Source: an uncultured Collinsella sp. (GTDB lineage Bacteria > Actinomycetota > Coriobacteriia > Coriobacteriales > Coriobacteriaceae). Taken from it: a DNA stretch of 64,000 bases. The stretch is taken from assembly GCA_900542315.1 (NCBI GenBank), contig UQMV01000006.1:4211-68210 (forward strand). The letters are read 5' to 3'. A program made the position numbers and the translations under genes. Each line of letters begins with the position of its first letter. The first letter of the stretch is position 1. The notes under the pieces are model-generated. The model did not search any database. It was not told where the DNA came from and saw only the letters and a program-made list of their open reading frames with translations. This document shows positions 1-9,973 of the stretch, in pieces.

Positions 1-551
1 TGGACGGCAGCTTCGTTCCCAATTTCGCCATGGGTCTCGAAGACATCAAGGCCGTGCGAGCTGCCACCAACAAGCTCGTCGACGTGCACCTTATGGTCGA
101 GAATCCCTCCAGCAAGGTTGAACTTTTCGCCTCCGCCGGCGCGGACATCATCTACATCCATCCGGAGTCCGAGCGTTACGTGGTCAAGACACTCGCCGCG
201 ATTAAGTCCCTCGGCAAGAGCGCCGGTATCGCCGTGAACCCCGACACCTCTATCTCCGAGATCGAGGAGATGCTGAACCTCTGCGATTACGTGATGGTCA
301 TGACGGTGAATCCGGGTTTTGCCGGTCAGAGCTTTATAGAGTTCACGAACGACAAGGTGCGTCGCCTTGCCGCGCTGAAGGAGCGCTTCGGCTTCAAGCT
401 CATGATCGACGGCGCTTGCTCGCCCGAGCGCGTGCGCGACCTGTCCGCCATCGGCGCGGACGGATTTATCCTGGGCACCAGTGCGCTGTTTGGCAAGGAC
501 GCTGGTTACGAGGAGTGCCTGCGCCGTCTGCGCGCCGGCGAGGTGTATTAG
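1..551 (+). CDS. rpe: ribulose-phosphate 3-epimerase, C-terminal part (5' end lies outside the window)
   Basis: The ORF runs in from the window edge; the translation shows RPE-family barrel motifs (DVHLMV, VMTVNPGFAGQ). Confidence 0.85.
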   Translation, partial: DGSFVPNFAMGLEDIKAVRAATNKLVDVHLMVENPSSKVELFASAGADIIYIHPESERYVVKTLAAIKSLGKSAGIAVNPDTSISEIEEMLNLCDYVMVMTVNPGFAGQSFIEFTNDKVRRLAALKERFGFKLMIDGACSPERVRDLSAIGADGFILGTSALFGKDAGYEECLRRLRAGEVY

Positions 552-623
552 AAGCGGAAGGGCGAATTAGGGCGGATTGAGCGCGCGGCATGCGCGAATG
601 GTTCTTATGGAAAGGGGTCTCTT

Positions 624-1100
624 GTGAAGATCGGTATTGGAAACGACCACGTCGCAGTCGAGTATAAGGAGGCCATCACGGCGTATATCCAGGAGAAGTA
701 CGGCTACGAAGTCGTGAACTTCGGCACGGACAGCACCGAGCGCTTTGACTATCCCATCGCGGGTGAGGCCGTGGCGGACGCTGTCATGTCCGGCGAGGTT
801 GATCGCGGTATCGTTATCTGCGGTACGGGTGTGGGCATCTCGCTCGCCGCCAACAAGGTGCGCGGTATCCGTTGCTGCACCTGCTCTGAGCCGTATTCCG
901 CTCGTCTGTCACGCGAGCACAACAACACCAACATGCTCGCATTTGGTGCTCGTGTGGTGGGCATCGAGCTGGCCAAGATGATCGTCGACGCCTGGCTCAC
1001 CGGCGAGTTCGAGGGCGGCCGTCACCAGCGCCGCATCGATATGATTCGCCAGATCGAGGCTCGTCAGCTCGTGCGTGCGGAGGAAGCACGCGGCTGGTAG
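624..1100 (+). CDS. rpiB: ribose-5-phosphate isomerase B (RpiB/LacAB family)
   Basis: 158 aa with an MKIGIGNDH start and the GxGxG/ICGTGVG motif typical of RpiB; GTG start; sits directly downstream of rpe. Confidence 0.85.
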   Translation: MKIGIGNDHVAVEYKEAITAYIQEKYGYEVVNFGTDSTERFDYPIAGEAVADAVMSGEVDRGIVICGTGVGISLAANKVRGIRCCTCSEPYSARLSREHNNTNMLAFGARVVGIELAKMIVDAWLTGEFEGGRHQRRIDMIRQIEARQLVRAEEARGW

Positions 1101-1104
1101 TGGA

Positions 1105-1138
1105 AAAGCCCGTCACCCATGTGGTGGCGGGCTTTTTG
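1105..1138 (+). terminator. rho-independent terminator after rpiB
   Basis: GC-rich hairpin aaagcccgtcacc/ggtggcgggctt followed by TTTTT. Confidence 0.6.
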
Positions 1139-1199
1139 CATGTCGCGCGTGGGATAGAACACATGCGAGAGAAAAACGCGGCTATTCGCTGCCCGCTGT

Positions 1200-2210
1200 C
1201 TAGCTGCTCGCGCGTTGCACGAGCTTAACGGGGACGAGCGTCTCCATCTCGGGCTCTTCGCCGCGCAGCAGGGCGAGCAGGGCCTGACATCCCTCGTGCG
1301 CGAGGCGCTCGGGGAAGCGGCGGATAGTGCTGATTTGCGGCGTCGGAAGCTGCGCATAGACGGAATCGTCGAAGCCGATGAGACGGACGTCCTCGGGTAC
1401 GCGCTTGCCGGCGGCAACGAGCGCACGCAGCGCGCCCACGGCTGCGTGGTCGCTATGGGCGAAGATGCCGTCGACGGGGTAGCCCGTGGAGAGGAAGTCG
1501 GTCACGAGCTCTTCGGACTCGATGATGCTCGGCTGCTTACCCGAGACAAACAGCTGGTAGTCGCGGCGTAGCGGCATTCCGTGCGCGGCGAGCGCCCGCT
1601 CGTAGCCCATCTGGCGCTCGTTGCCGGGGTAGTTGGCGGTAAAACTCGAGATGCTCAGGATGTCCTTGCAGCCGCGCTCGATGAGGTGCTCGGTCGCCAT
1701 GTAGCCACCGCCGATGTTGTCGGAGCCCACGTGTGGGAAACCGAGGTCGTTTTCGGGCGCACGGTCGATGCAGACCACGGGGATTCCGTGGGGGACGAAC
1801 TCGCCGTCGAGCCTGCGCAGGCCGGAGATACAGATGATGCCGTCGGCCTGCTTGCTTGCCAGCGTGCGAAAGTAGTCGCGCTCGCGGGCAGGGTCATTGG
1901 CGCTGTTGCAAACAAAGACCGAGTAGTCCTCGGTTGCCAGCTCGCGCTCCACATGCAGGGCGATCTTGGAAAAGAAGTCGTTGGAGATGTCCGGCACGAT
2001 CATGCCGATGGTCCGGGACTGGGCCATACGGAGGCTCTTCGCCGCCATGTTCGTGACGTAGCCGTATTCCTTGAGGGCGGCTTCCACGCGCTTGCGGGTG
2101 TCTTCGGAAAAACGGCCGCTGCCGTTGATGACGTGGGAGACCGTGGCGACGGATACGCCGGCCGCGACGGCAATCTGGCGCATGGATGGGCGCTTGCCTG
2201 GTGTGGGCAT
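1200..2210 (-). CDS. LacI-family transcriptional regulator
   Basis: N-terminal HTH (MRQIAVAAGVSVATVSHV) plus a periplasmic-binding-protein-like sugar-binding fold. The true start may be the internal Met, 27 nt downstream of the called start. Confidence 0.85.
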   Translation of the reverse strand: MPTPGKRPSMRQIAVAAGVSVATVSHVINGSGRFSEDTRKRVEAALKEYGYVTNMAAKSLRMAQSRTIGMIVPDISNDFFSKIALHVERELATEDYSVFVCNSANDPARERDYFRTLASKQADGIICISGLRRLDGEFVPHGIPVVCIDRAPENDLGFPHVGSDNIGGGYMATEHLIERGCKDILSISSFTANYPGNERQMGYERALAAHGMPLRRDYQLFVSGKQPSIIESEELVTDFLSTGYPVDGIFAHSDHAAVGALRALVAAGKRVPEDVRLIGFDDSVYAQLPTPQISTIRRFPERLAHEGCQALLALLRGEEPEMETLVPVKLVQRASS

Positions 2211-2262
2211 GGGGCCTCCTGCTGCTTTCGGGTGGTTAACAGATTAACCGAGATTGTAGCGC

Positions 2263-2463
2263 ATGCGCGATGCCGTAATGGGTCGCTTCGAAGTCGTTTT
2301 GTCGCGCTCGGTCTGCACCTTGGATAAGAAGGAGTTCGTCGAGCACTCCGATCCGGAGCACACGCGCGCCAACATCCCGCTGTTCCAGCAGGGCATCATG
2401 ATACAGCAGCTCAACTCCGAGAAGCTCGTGGTCGAGATCATGGTGAAGTTCTGCGGCCAGTAA
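2263..2463 (+). CDS. hypothetical small protein (66 aa)
   Basis: ORF with GC3-rich codon usage, divergent from the LacI gene; no recognisable domain. Confidence 0.3.
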   Translation: MRDAVMGRFEVVLSRSVCTLDKKEFVEHSDPEHTRANIPLFQQGIMIQQLNSEKLVVEIMVKFCGQ

Positions 2464-2553
2464 TTACTGCATCACATATTCTGTTGTCACCTGGGAGGCT
2501 CGCTTTTGCGGGCCTCTTTGCGTTGCTATGGAGCCCTGGTCTGTCGATAAACA

Positions 2554-2587
2554 AAGCGCCCGCTTGCTGGGGGAGCAAGCGGGCGCC
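2554..2587. terminator. bidirectional terminator hairpin between convergent genes
   Basis: Palindrome gcgcccgcttgct-ggggg-agcaagcgggcgc between the 2263-2463 ORF (+) and pknB (-). Confidence 0.5.
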
Positions 2588-2638
2588 TGTGAGCGAATAT
2601 GTTTGCGGCGAAAGCCGCGATGAGCGGTGGGGTGGCGA

Positions 2639-4615
2639 CTAGTTGGTCGTACCGGAATCGTCGCCCGTGCTCGTGCCCGAGCCCGAGCCCGAACCAGAAA
2701 GTGCGACCGTCAGCGTAATCGTGCTGTCGGTGGACTGCTTTCCAGTGGGGGAGACGCCCGTAACGGTGGCATCCTCGTTACCGCTTACGGGATTGCCGTT
2801 CTGGTCACAGAAGCCAATGTTATAGAAACCGGCGTTGTTGAGCGCGGTAACGGCGGCGGAAATGCTCTTGCCGTACAGGTTGCCCGGGACGGTGGCCTTG
2901 CCGGACTTCTTGGCGATGACGACGGTAATCGTGGCGCCGGGCTTCTGCTTGCCGCTGGGGTTCCAGCTAATCACGGTGCCCTCGGTAACCGAGTCGTTCT
3001 CCTGGTAGCTCACGTCGACGCCAAAGCCTGCCATATCGAGGGCGTTGCGCGCCTGGGCCTCGGTCATGTCGGTCAGGTCGGGGACGGACGTGGTATCCGG
3101 GCCGCTCGAGACCTTGTACGAGATGGTCGTGCCCTTCTCGACTTCCTTACCGGCTTCGGTGCCCTGATCAAAGACCTGGCCCTCATCGGCCTCGTTGGCC
3201 TCCTCGGAGGCGCTGCCCTTCAGGCCAACGCTTGCCAGCGCGGCTTCGGCCTGGTCCTTGGTCAGGCCGACAAGCTGGGGAACCTCAACCTTCTCGGAGG
3301 GCTTGGGGCCCTTGGAGATTACCAGGTTCACCTTGGTGCCCTTGGCCTTCTTGGTGTTGCCGTTGGGCGTCTGCTCGGCGACCTTGCCCTCGTCGACATC
3401 GTCGTTGTAGCTTTGGTCGATGGTGCCGAGCTCGAGGCCGGCTTCCTTGATCAGCTCGACGGCAGTCTGCTGATCCTTGCCCAGCACGTCGGGCACGGTG
3501 ACCTGCTCGCCGCCAAAGAGCCCTGTGGCAATGGCCACCACGATGCCGATGACGGCAACGGCTGCCACCACGGCGGCGATGATCTTGTTCTTGTTGGATT
3601 TGGGCTTTTCGACCTCGTAGGAGCCGGTGGAGCCCGAAACCGAGCTGCGGGCGGTATTCTGGCCGCTCACGCCCGAGACGGGACGCACCATGGCGCGCGT
3701 CTGATCGGAAAGTTCGCGAGTCTTGGTGGCGCCCAGTTCACCGGGGGCGCCGATGATGCGCGTGGGCTCCGAGATGTTGACGGTATGGCCCGACAGGTAG
3801 CTGTTGAGCACCTGACGCAGCTCGTCGGCGGTTTGGAAGCGGTTTGCCGGGTCCTTCTCCATGCACTTGAGGATGATGCGCTCAAGGTCGGCGTCGACAC
3901 CGGAGTTGATCTGGCTCGGCGGAACAGGCAGCTCGTTGACCTGCTTGAGTGCGACCGAGATAGCGTCGTCACCGTCAAAGGGAACGCGGCCGGTGGCGCA
4001 CTCGTACATCACGACGCCCAGCGAGTAGATATCCGAGGTGGGGCCGAGGTCCTGACCGCGGGTCTGCTCGGGGCTGACGTAGTGGGCGGTTCCCAGCACG
4101 TTGTTGTCTTGCGTGAGGTGGCTGTTCTTGGCGCGCGCGATGCCAAAGTCCATGACCTTGATGTTGCCGTCGGGCAGCACCATGATGTTCTGCGGCTTGA
4201 TGTCGCGGTGGATGATCTCGTGCTTGTGGGCGACCGAGAGTGCAGAGCTAATCTGCGAGCCGATCTGGGCGACCTTCTTGGGGTCGAGGGCGCCGTGGCT
4301 CTTGATACCGCTCTTAAGGTCGGTGCCGCGCAGGTACTCCATGACGATGTAATAGGTGTCGCCGTCCTTGCCCCAATCGTAGACGCCCACGATATAGGGG
4401 GAGGAGAGACCGGCTGCTGCCTGGGCCTCCTGCTTAAAGCGTGCGGCGAAGGTTGCGTCGCCAGCATACTGCGGCAGCATGATCTTGACGGCTACCGTGC
4501 GGTTGAGGACCTGGTCCTGTGCACGATAGACGGTCGCCATGCCGCCTGTCCCCACCTTATCCTTGAGGAGGTATCTTCCCCCGAGGACCCTCTGTTCCAT
4601 TCCTGCTCCTAACAT
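2639..4615 (-). CDS. pknB: Ser/Thr protein kinase PknB with four C-terminal PASTA repeats
   Basis: Hanks kinase motifs (GxGGMATVY, VAVK, HRDIKPQN, DFG, SPE), a single TM segment, and repeated PASTA-like modules. It is the last gene of the conserved fhaA-fhaB-pstP-rodA-pbpA-pknB cluster. Confidence 0.9.
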   Translation of the reverse strand: MLGAGMEQRVLGGRYLLKDKVGTGGMATVYRAQDQVLNRTVAVKIMLPQYAGDATFAARFKQEAQAAAGLSSPYIVGVYDWGKDGDTYYIVMEYLRGTDLKSGIKSHGALDPKKVAQIGSQISSALSVAHKHEIIHRDIKPQNIMVLPDGNIKVMDFGIARAKNSHLTQDNNVLGTAHYVSPEQTRGQDLGPTSDIYSLGVVMYECATGRVPFDGDDAISVALKQVNELPVPPSQINSGVDADLERIILKCMEKDPANRFQTADELRQVLNSYLSGHTVNISEPTRIIGAPGELGATKTRELSDQTRAMVRPVSGVSGQNTARSSVSGSTGSYEVEKPKSNKNKIIAAVVAAVAVIGIVVAIATGLFGGEQVTVPDVLGKDQQTAVELIKEAGLELGTIDQSYNDDVDEGKVAEQTPNGNTKKAKGTKVNLVISKGPKPSEKVEVPQLVGLTKDQAEAALASVGLKGSASEEANEADEGQVFDQGTEAGKEVEKGTTISYKVSSGPDTTSVPDLTDMTEAQARNALDMAGFGVDVSYQENDSVTEGTVISWNPSGKQKPGATITVVIAKKSGKATVPGNLYGKSISAAVTALNNAGFYNIGFCDQNGNPVSGNEDATVTGVSPTGKQSTDSTITLTVALSGSGSGSGTSTGDDSGTTN

Positions 4616-4732
4616 AACTATTCGCTCAACGATGTGTGTAGTACCTACGATGTGGCCGCTGGGGCCATGTGGCGCGTTGCCGCTAACTCTTCGGTCGCGG
4701 CGCGCCTCGGGTGTCCGATTCGATCACGGGCG

Positions 4733-7612
4733 TCACGCTCCCTGGGCGGCAAGCGCCGCAGTCAGGACGATGCCGGCGATCTTGGCCGCCTCGACGTCGT
4801 GTTGGTCGTAATCCTCCAAGGCCACCGAAATGGCGACCGTGGGTGAATCGTAAGGTGCGAAGCCGACGAACATCGAGTTGACGTTGGTGCCGCCAGTTTC
4901 GGCCGAACCGGTCTTGCCGGCGACCTTGACGCCCGGGATCTGGGCATCGGTGCCGGTGCCGGACTGGACGACGGCGAGCATGGCCTGCTTGACCTGGTCG
5001 GCCGTGGCAGAGCTGACAGCCTGGCCCAGCGAACGGGACTGCGTGGTCTTAACCACGGTTCCGTCCGGGGCGAGTACCTGGGAAACAAAGTACGGGTCCA
5101 TGACCACGCCACTGTTAGCGATGGCGGCGGCAATCACGGCGTTTTGCATGACGGTGGTCTGCGGGCCGGGCGTGTGGTCCATGCCGACAGGCTGGCCGGC
5201 GCCGGCCCAGGCAGTCTCCCACTCGGTCATGAGCGACGGGTCGGCCATGATGGAGGCCGTGGAGGTCAGGTCCTGGCCGAGCTTCTGCCCGTAGCCAAAG
5301 GCGTTGGCAAACTGAACGAGCGTGTTTGCGCCAACCTCGTTTGCCACCTGGCCAAAGACGACGTTAGAGGACACGGCAAAGGCCTGTTGCAGGCTGATGG
5401 TGCCGTAGCTCTCGTTGGCAGAGTTGGTGACCGGTGCGTTACCAATGTCCATGGAGCCGGGCGCCTGGTAGGTGCTGGTCAGGCTGGCGGTGCCGGTCTC
5501 GAGTGCCGCAGAAAGCGTAACGACCTTAAACGTGGAGCCCGGGGTGTACAACGCGTCCATGGCGCGATCGTACATGGAGCCGTCCTCGCCGCCTCCCGCC
5601 TGCAGCAGGGCATCGATGTTGGTGTTGTCGTAGGTGGGTGAGCTGGCGCATGCGAGCACCGCGCCGGTGCGCGGGTCCATGACCACAACGGCGCCCTTAA
5701 AGCCCTTGAGAGCCTGTTCGGCGGCCGTCTGGATGCGGGAGTCGATGGTGAGTTTGGCGGTGTTGCCCGGCTGGTTTTGGCCCGCGAGCGACGCGATGGC
5801 GTTGTTCCAGCTGGAGTAATCCTTGGAACCGGTGAGCGTGTCGTTCATCACGCTCTCGATGCCGGCGGTACCGTACTGCTGGCTCACATAGCCAACCACA
5901 TGGGCGGCCAGGTTGCCGTTAGGGTAGGAGCGTACGTAGGTGCCGTCCTCCTGTTGCAGCGATTCGGCCAGCGTCACGCCGTCGGACGTGATGATGGAGC
6001 CGCGCTGGATGTACTTGGAACGGGCGATGGTGTGGTTGTTGGTCGGCATGTCCTGGTAATCCTTTGCCTTGATGACCTGGACATAGGTGAGGTTGCCGAT
6101 AAGGATGGCGAACAGCGCCGTAAAGGCAAACACGGCACGAGTCAGACGGTTGGCAAGTGCCACGCGGCCGAGCACGCCGGACTCTGGCGTGTCGAGCAGG
6201 CGACGACGCATGCGTGAACCCGCGGAGTGGTTGCCGTGGCTGTAGGAAGGTACGTTGGCAAAACGCGTACCGGTCGGGGCGGCGGCTGATGCGACCTGGT
6301 CATCGGTGATGGCGGCCATGGTGCCGGTGCCGGTGAGCTCGGCTTCGCGTCCGGTTGCCTCGTCGCCGGCGCGCAGCAGCAGCGCGACGATGATAAAGCT
6401 CGCCAGCAGCGAAGAACCGCCCTGGCTCATAAAGGGCAGGGTGACGCCGGTCAGCGGGATTAGGCGGGTTACGCCGCCAACGATTAAGAATGCCTGGAAG
6501 CTGATGGCCGCCGTAAGGCCGGTCGCGCTAAAGGCGGCAAGGTCGGACTTGGCGCGGGCTGCCGTGGTGAGGCCGCGCACGGCAAAAAGCATAAACAGGA
6601 TGAGCACGGCGCCGCCGCCCAAAAGGCCCATTTCCTCGCCGATGGCCGAGAAGATAAAGTCGGACTCGACGACGGGGATGTTGTTTGCCATGCCGTTGCC
6701 AATTCCGACGCCAACCAGGCCACCGTCAGCCAGCGAGTAAAGTGACTGTACGATCTGGTAGCCCTGGCCCTGGGCGTCCTTAAACGGATCGACCCAGACC
6801 TGAAAGCGCACCTGCACGTGCGACAGGAACTTGTAGGCGCCCACGGCTCCAACGGCCAGCAGCGCAAGGCCGATGATGACGTACGAAAAGCGTCCCGTGG
6901 CAACATAGAGCATCAGCAAAAAGATGGTGTAGAACAGGACGGCCGAGCCCAGGTCGCGTTCGAAGACGACGATGAGCAGGCACACGCCCCACACGGCAAA
7001 CAGCGGCAGCAGCAGGCGCAGGCGCGGGACCTTGAGGCCCAAGATCTTGCGATTGGAGATGGAGAGTAGCTCGCGGTTCTCGGCTAGGTATCCGGCCAAG
7101 AACAATACGATAAAAATCTTGGCGAACTCGCCGGGCTGGATGGTGAAGCCGGCGATGCGAATCCACAGCTTGGAGCCCGAGATGGTGGTGCCGATAAAGA
7201 TGGGCAGCATCAGCAAGATGATGCCGATGATGCCAAAGGTGTACTTGTAGCGCATGACCACATCGAGATTCTTGATCATCGCGAGCGTGCCCACCATCAG
7301 TGCCACCGAGACAAACAGAATGACGAGCTGCGAGATGGCGAGGGCGGGTGCCAGACGCGTTACGAACGTGATGCCGATACCCGAAAGCACAAAGACGATG
7401 GGCAGGATGGCCGGATCGGCACCGGGCGCCAGGATGCGCACGGCGATATGCGCCGCGGCGAAGGCGGCAAAGAGACCGATCGGCACGGCGAGCGTTTCAA
7501 ACGAGATGGAAGCGCCTGCGGTGAGCACGTACATCGCATACAGCAGGATGACGGGGAACGCCGAGGCGATGAGCAAGAGCATTTCGGTGTTGCGGCGACT
7601 CATAAGCGGCAC
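4733..7612 (-). CDS. SEDS glycosyltransferase (RodA/FtsW) fused in-frame to a class B penicillin-binding protein (PbpA-like transpeptidase)
   Basis: 959-aa ORF. The N-terminal ~430 aa form a polytopic FtsW/RodA domain. A linker leads into a PBP2-type module with its TM anchor and STFK and KTG motifs. No stop separates the two parts. Confidence 0.8.
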   Translation of the reverse strand: MPLMSRRNTEMLLLIASAFPVILLYAMYVLTAGASISFETLAVPIGLFAAFAAAHIAVRILAPGADPAILPIVFVLSGIGITFVTRLAPALAISQLVILFVSVALMVGTLAMIKNLDVVMRYKYTFGIIGIILLMLPIFIGTTISGSKLWIRIAGFTIQPGEFAKIFIVLFLAGYLAENRELLSISNRKILGLKVPRLRLLLPLFAVWGVCLLIVVFERDLGSAVLFYTIFLLMLYVATGRFSYVIIGLALLAVGAVGAYKFLSHVQVRFQVWVDPFKDAQGQGYQIVQSLYSLADGGLVGVGIGNGMANNIPVVESDFIFSAIGEEMGLLGGGAVLILFMLFAVRGLTTAARAKSDLAAFSATGLTAAISFQAFLIVGGVTRLIPLTGVTLPFMSQGGSSLLASFIIVALLLRAGDEATGREAELTGTGTMAAITDDQVASAAAPTGTRFANVPSYSHGNHSAGSRMRRRLLDTPESGVLGRVALANRLTRAVFAFTALFAILIGNLTYVQVIKAKDYQDMPTNNHTIARSKYIQRGSIITSDGVTLAESLQQEDGTYVRSYPNGNLAAHVVGYVSQQYGTAGIESVMNDTLTGSKDYSSWNNAIASLAGQNQPGNTAKLTIDSRIQTAAEQALKGFKGAVVVMDPRTGAVLACASSPTYDNTNIDALLQAGGGEDGSMYDRAMDALYTPGSTFKVVTLSAALETGTASLTSTYQAPGSMDIGNAPVTNSANESYGTISLQQAFAVSSNVVFGQVANEVGANTLVQFANAFGYGQKLGQDLTSTASIMADPSLMTEWETAWAGAGQPVGMDHTPGPQTTVMQNAVIAAAIANSGVVMDPYFVSQVLAPDGTVVKTTQSRSLGQAVSSATADQVKQAMLAVVQSGTGTDAQIPGVKVAGKTGSAETGGTNVNSMFVGFAPYDSPTVAISVALEDYDQHDVEAAKIAGIVLTAALAAQGA

Positions 7613-7619
7613 TCCCTTT

Positions 7620-9554
7620 CTAATTCTTATCGGAGGCTTCGGCCTCGGCGGACTGTTCGGCGGTTTTCTCGGAATCTGATTCGGAGGTCGATCCCTGATT
7701 GGTGTTGTCGCGAATCGTTTGCGCGTCGATCACCTGGCGGGTCTGCTCCTCGTCGATCTGGTGGCGGTACTTGGATATCGTGTCCTGCGCATCGTCGACA
7801 CTTGTTTGCGGAATGCCCGCCTTGAGGCGGTTTTGCGTGTCTTCGGGCAGGTCGGACAGCTTAATGCTGGTTTCGCTTTCGAGCCAGTGGAGCTTGAGTC
7901 CGAGCGGCTTGCCGGGCAGGCCGCGCCAGACGGCGACATTGCCCTGGTAGGTACCCAGGTAGTACGAGCCGGTGACACCCGTGTAGGCCCAGATGCCAGC
8001 TGCCAGCACAAAGACGAGGGCCAGGATGGCGGCGATAGTAACGTTGCGGCGACGCACGCGTTGCGCCTCGCGCATGACGCCATCGTCAACCAGGTCAACG
8101 ACTACTACGGTCACGTTGTCGTGGCCGCCGGCGGCAAGCGCCGCGTCCACTAGGTTGTCGACGCAGATTTGCGCGGTTGAGGACTGCGTGGCGATGTTCT
8201 CGATATCGCTATCGGGAATCATGCTCGAAAGGCCGTCGGAGCACAGGATCAGACGGTCGCCTTCCTCGATATGCAGAGTGAAGTGGTCGGCATACATGGC
8301 GGGGTCCGAGCCCAGCGCACGGGTAATGACCGAACGGTTGGGGTGGACGCGAGCCTCGTCTGCCGTGATCTCGCCGGCGTCCACGAGCTCCTCCACGTAG
8401 GAGTGGTCGCGGGTCACGCGGATGAGCGTGCCCTCGTGGAGCAGGTAGGCGCGAGAGTCACCCACGTGGGCGATGGCGAGCGTGTCGTTTTCGATATAGG
8501 CGCAGGTGGCTGTGCAGCCCATGCCGGGCTTGCCCAGGCCGTTCAGGGCTGCCTCGATTACGGCGGCGTTGGCTGCCTCGACGGCTGCGGCCAGGCGTGC
8601 TGCGTCGGCGGACTGTGGGGCCGTCTTGGCTATAGTCTCGACGGCGATGGAAGAGGCTACCTCGCCGGCGGCGTGACCGCCCATGCCGTCGCATACGCAA
8701 AAGAGCGGCGACTGCACCAGGTAGGAATCCTCATTGTGCGGGCGCACACAGCCAACGTCGGAGCGGGCGCCCCACATGAGTTGCGTGGTGGTGCCGGCAT
8801 CATAGGTCGAGTCGGTCTCGATGCGCTCCTCGGTTAGGGGTTCAAAGCTCATGGTCGAGCCGGGGTCTTTGAGCTTGGCCTCAACGGCGGCAACGTCGAT
8901 TTCGGCTGTGTCACCGGGAGAGACGGTGTCGGTCTCGGCGTTTGATTCGGAATCGCCGGTGTCCGGGGAGTCGGGCTCCTCGGAAACGCGGGCGGTCGAC
9001 TCGTCATCTTGCGGGCTGACGTCTATAGGCTCGGGCGTCGCAAAGTGCGACGGCGCGGGCGTGTTTTGCGACTGGGCGGCGGGCTCGGCCACGGCATCGG
9101 ACTCGCTTGCGGGCGCAGGCTGCGGGGTCTTGGGTGCAGGGCCGTCCTCGGGGGATGTCCCCGCCTCGGGCGCCGGCGTAGACGCGGGCGCAACCTCGGA
9201 TGCCGGGGCTATGGGAAACGCCGGCGCGGCGGGCTCGGGTGCCGCAAACACCGCAGCGCTCTCGTTGATTGCCGCGGCGACGGGCTCTGCAAAGTGAGCC
9301 GGCGCCGGGGTTGCTTCGGGCGCTGTGGGCTGTTCCGCAGCATGTGCGCCGATGGGCGCCGCTACGGCATCCTCTTCGTCCTCGTTATCGGCTAGATCCG
9401 AAATATCATGCGTTACATGCGAAAGAGGCAGGGAGAACACGGTGTCCTCGGGCTCCACGGGTTTGGAGCCCGCCGGAGCGGCGTGGGCCGGCACAGCTGT
9501 GGCGGCAGCCGGTGCCTCGGTCATAGTTGCGGACTTGTTCTCCTCGTCGATCAT
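7620..9554 (-). CDS. pstP: PP2C-family Ser/Thr phosphatase PstP, with a long N-terminal low-complexity extension and a C-terminal TM/extracellular tail
   Basis: PP2C catalytic motifs (DGMGGH, GDSR, DNVTVVVVD) begin near residue 258. Upstream lie ~250 aa of Pro/Ala/Glu/Asp-rich sequence. The start ATG overlaps the fhaB stop (ATGA). Confidence 0.8.
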   Translation of the reverse strand: MIDEENKSATMTEAPAAATAVPAHAAPAGSKPVEPEDTVFSLPLSHVTHDISDLADNEDEEDAVAAPIGAHAAEQPTAPEATPAPAHFAEPVAAAINESAAVFAAPEPAAPAFPIAPASEVAPASTPAPEAGTSPEDGPAPKTPQPAPASESDAVAEPAAQSQNTPAPSHFATPEPIDVSPQDDESTARVSEEPDSPDTGDSESNAETDTVSPGDTAEIDVAAVEAKLKDPGSTMSFEPLTEERIETDSTYDAGTTTQLMWGARSDVGCVRPHNEDSYLVQSPLFCVCDGMGGHAAGEVASSIAVETIAKTAPQSADAARLAAAVEAANAAVIEAALNGLGKPGMGCTATCAYIENDTLAIAHVGDSRAYLLHEGTLIRVTRDHSYVEELVDAGEITADEARVHPNRSVITRALGSDPAMYADHFTLHIEEGDRLILCSDGLSSMIPDSDIENIATQSSTAQICVDNLVDAALAAGGHDNVTVVVVDLVDDGVMREAQRVRRRNVTIAAILALVFVLAAGIWAYTGVTGSYYLGTYQGNVAVWRGLPGKPLGLKLHWLESETSIKLSDLPEDTQNRLKAGIPQTSVDDAQDTISKYRHQIDEEQTRQVIDAQTIRDNTNQGSTSESDSEKTAEQSAEAEASDKN

Positions 9555-9967
9555 CGACGGTTCACCTTCATGACCACGTCGCCAATCTGGACTTCGTCGC
9601 CCTCACGCAGCGTCGCGGGCTCCACGAGCTGGCGGCCGTTGACGAGCGTGCCGTTAAGCGAGTTGAGGTCCTCGATGATGAGCGCCGGGCCCTGCAGCGA
9701 AAAGCGCGCATGCGAGGCCGAGACGAACGGTTCGTTGATGCAGATGTCCGAAGATGGCGAGCGACCGACGATGACGGGGCCGAGCATGTCTACGTGGATG
9801 CCGCGGATACCGCGCGGACCCTTGTCCACATCGATCGTCCAGATAGCCGAGTCGCGGCGCTGCCCGCGCACAAGTCCCACGCCGGTCTTCATGACGGCGA
9901 ACAGGAAGATATAGAGCAGGGCGACCAGGACGATGCGGCCTGCAAAAAGGACGATATCGATGTTCAT
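9551..9967 (-). CDS. fhaB: FHA-domain protein FhaB (membrane anchored)
   Basis: N-terminal TM segment plus an FHA domain (GRSPSSDICI...SASHARF...NGTLVNG). Confidence 0.8.
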   Translation of the reverse strand: MNIDIVLFAGRIVLVALLYIFLFAVMKTGVGLVRGQRRDSAIWTIDVDKGPRGIRGIHVDMLGPVIVGRSPSSDICINEPFVSASHARFSLQGPALIIEDLNSLNGTLVNGRQLVEPATLREGDEVQIGDVVMKVNRR

Positions 9968-9973
9968 AAGCGA

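Noticed and set aside
2627-4612. 661-aa ORF on the plus strand
   Set aside because: It lies fully antisense to pknB, and its Gly/Ala/Leu/Val/Arg-rich translation is typical of the mirror frame of a high-GC gene.
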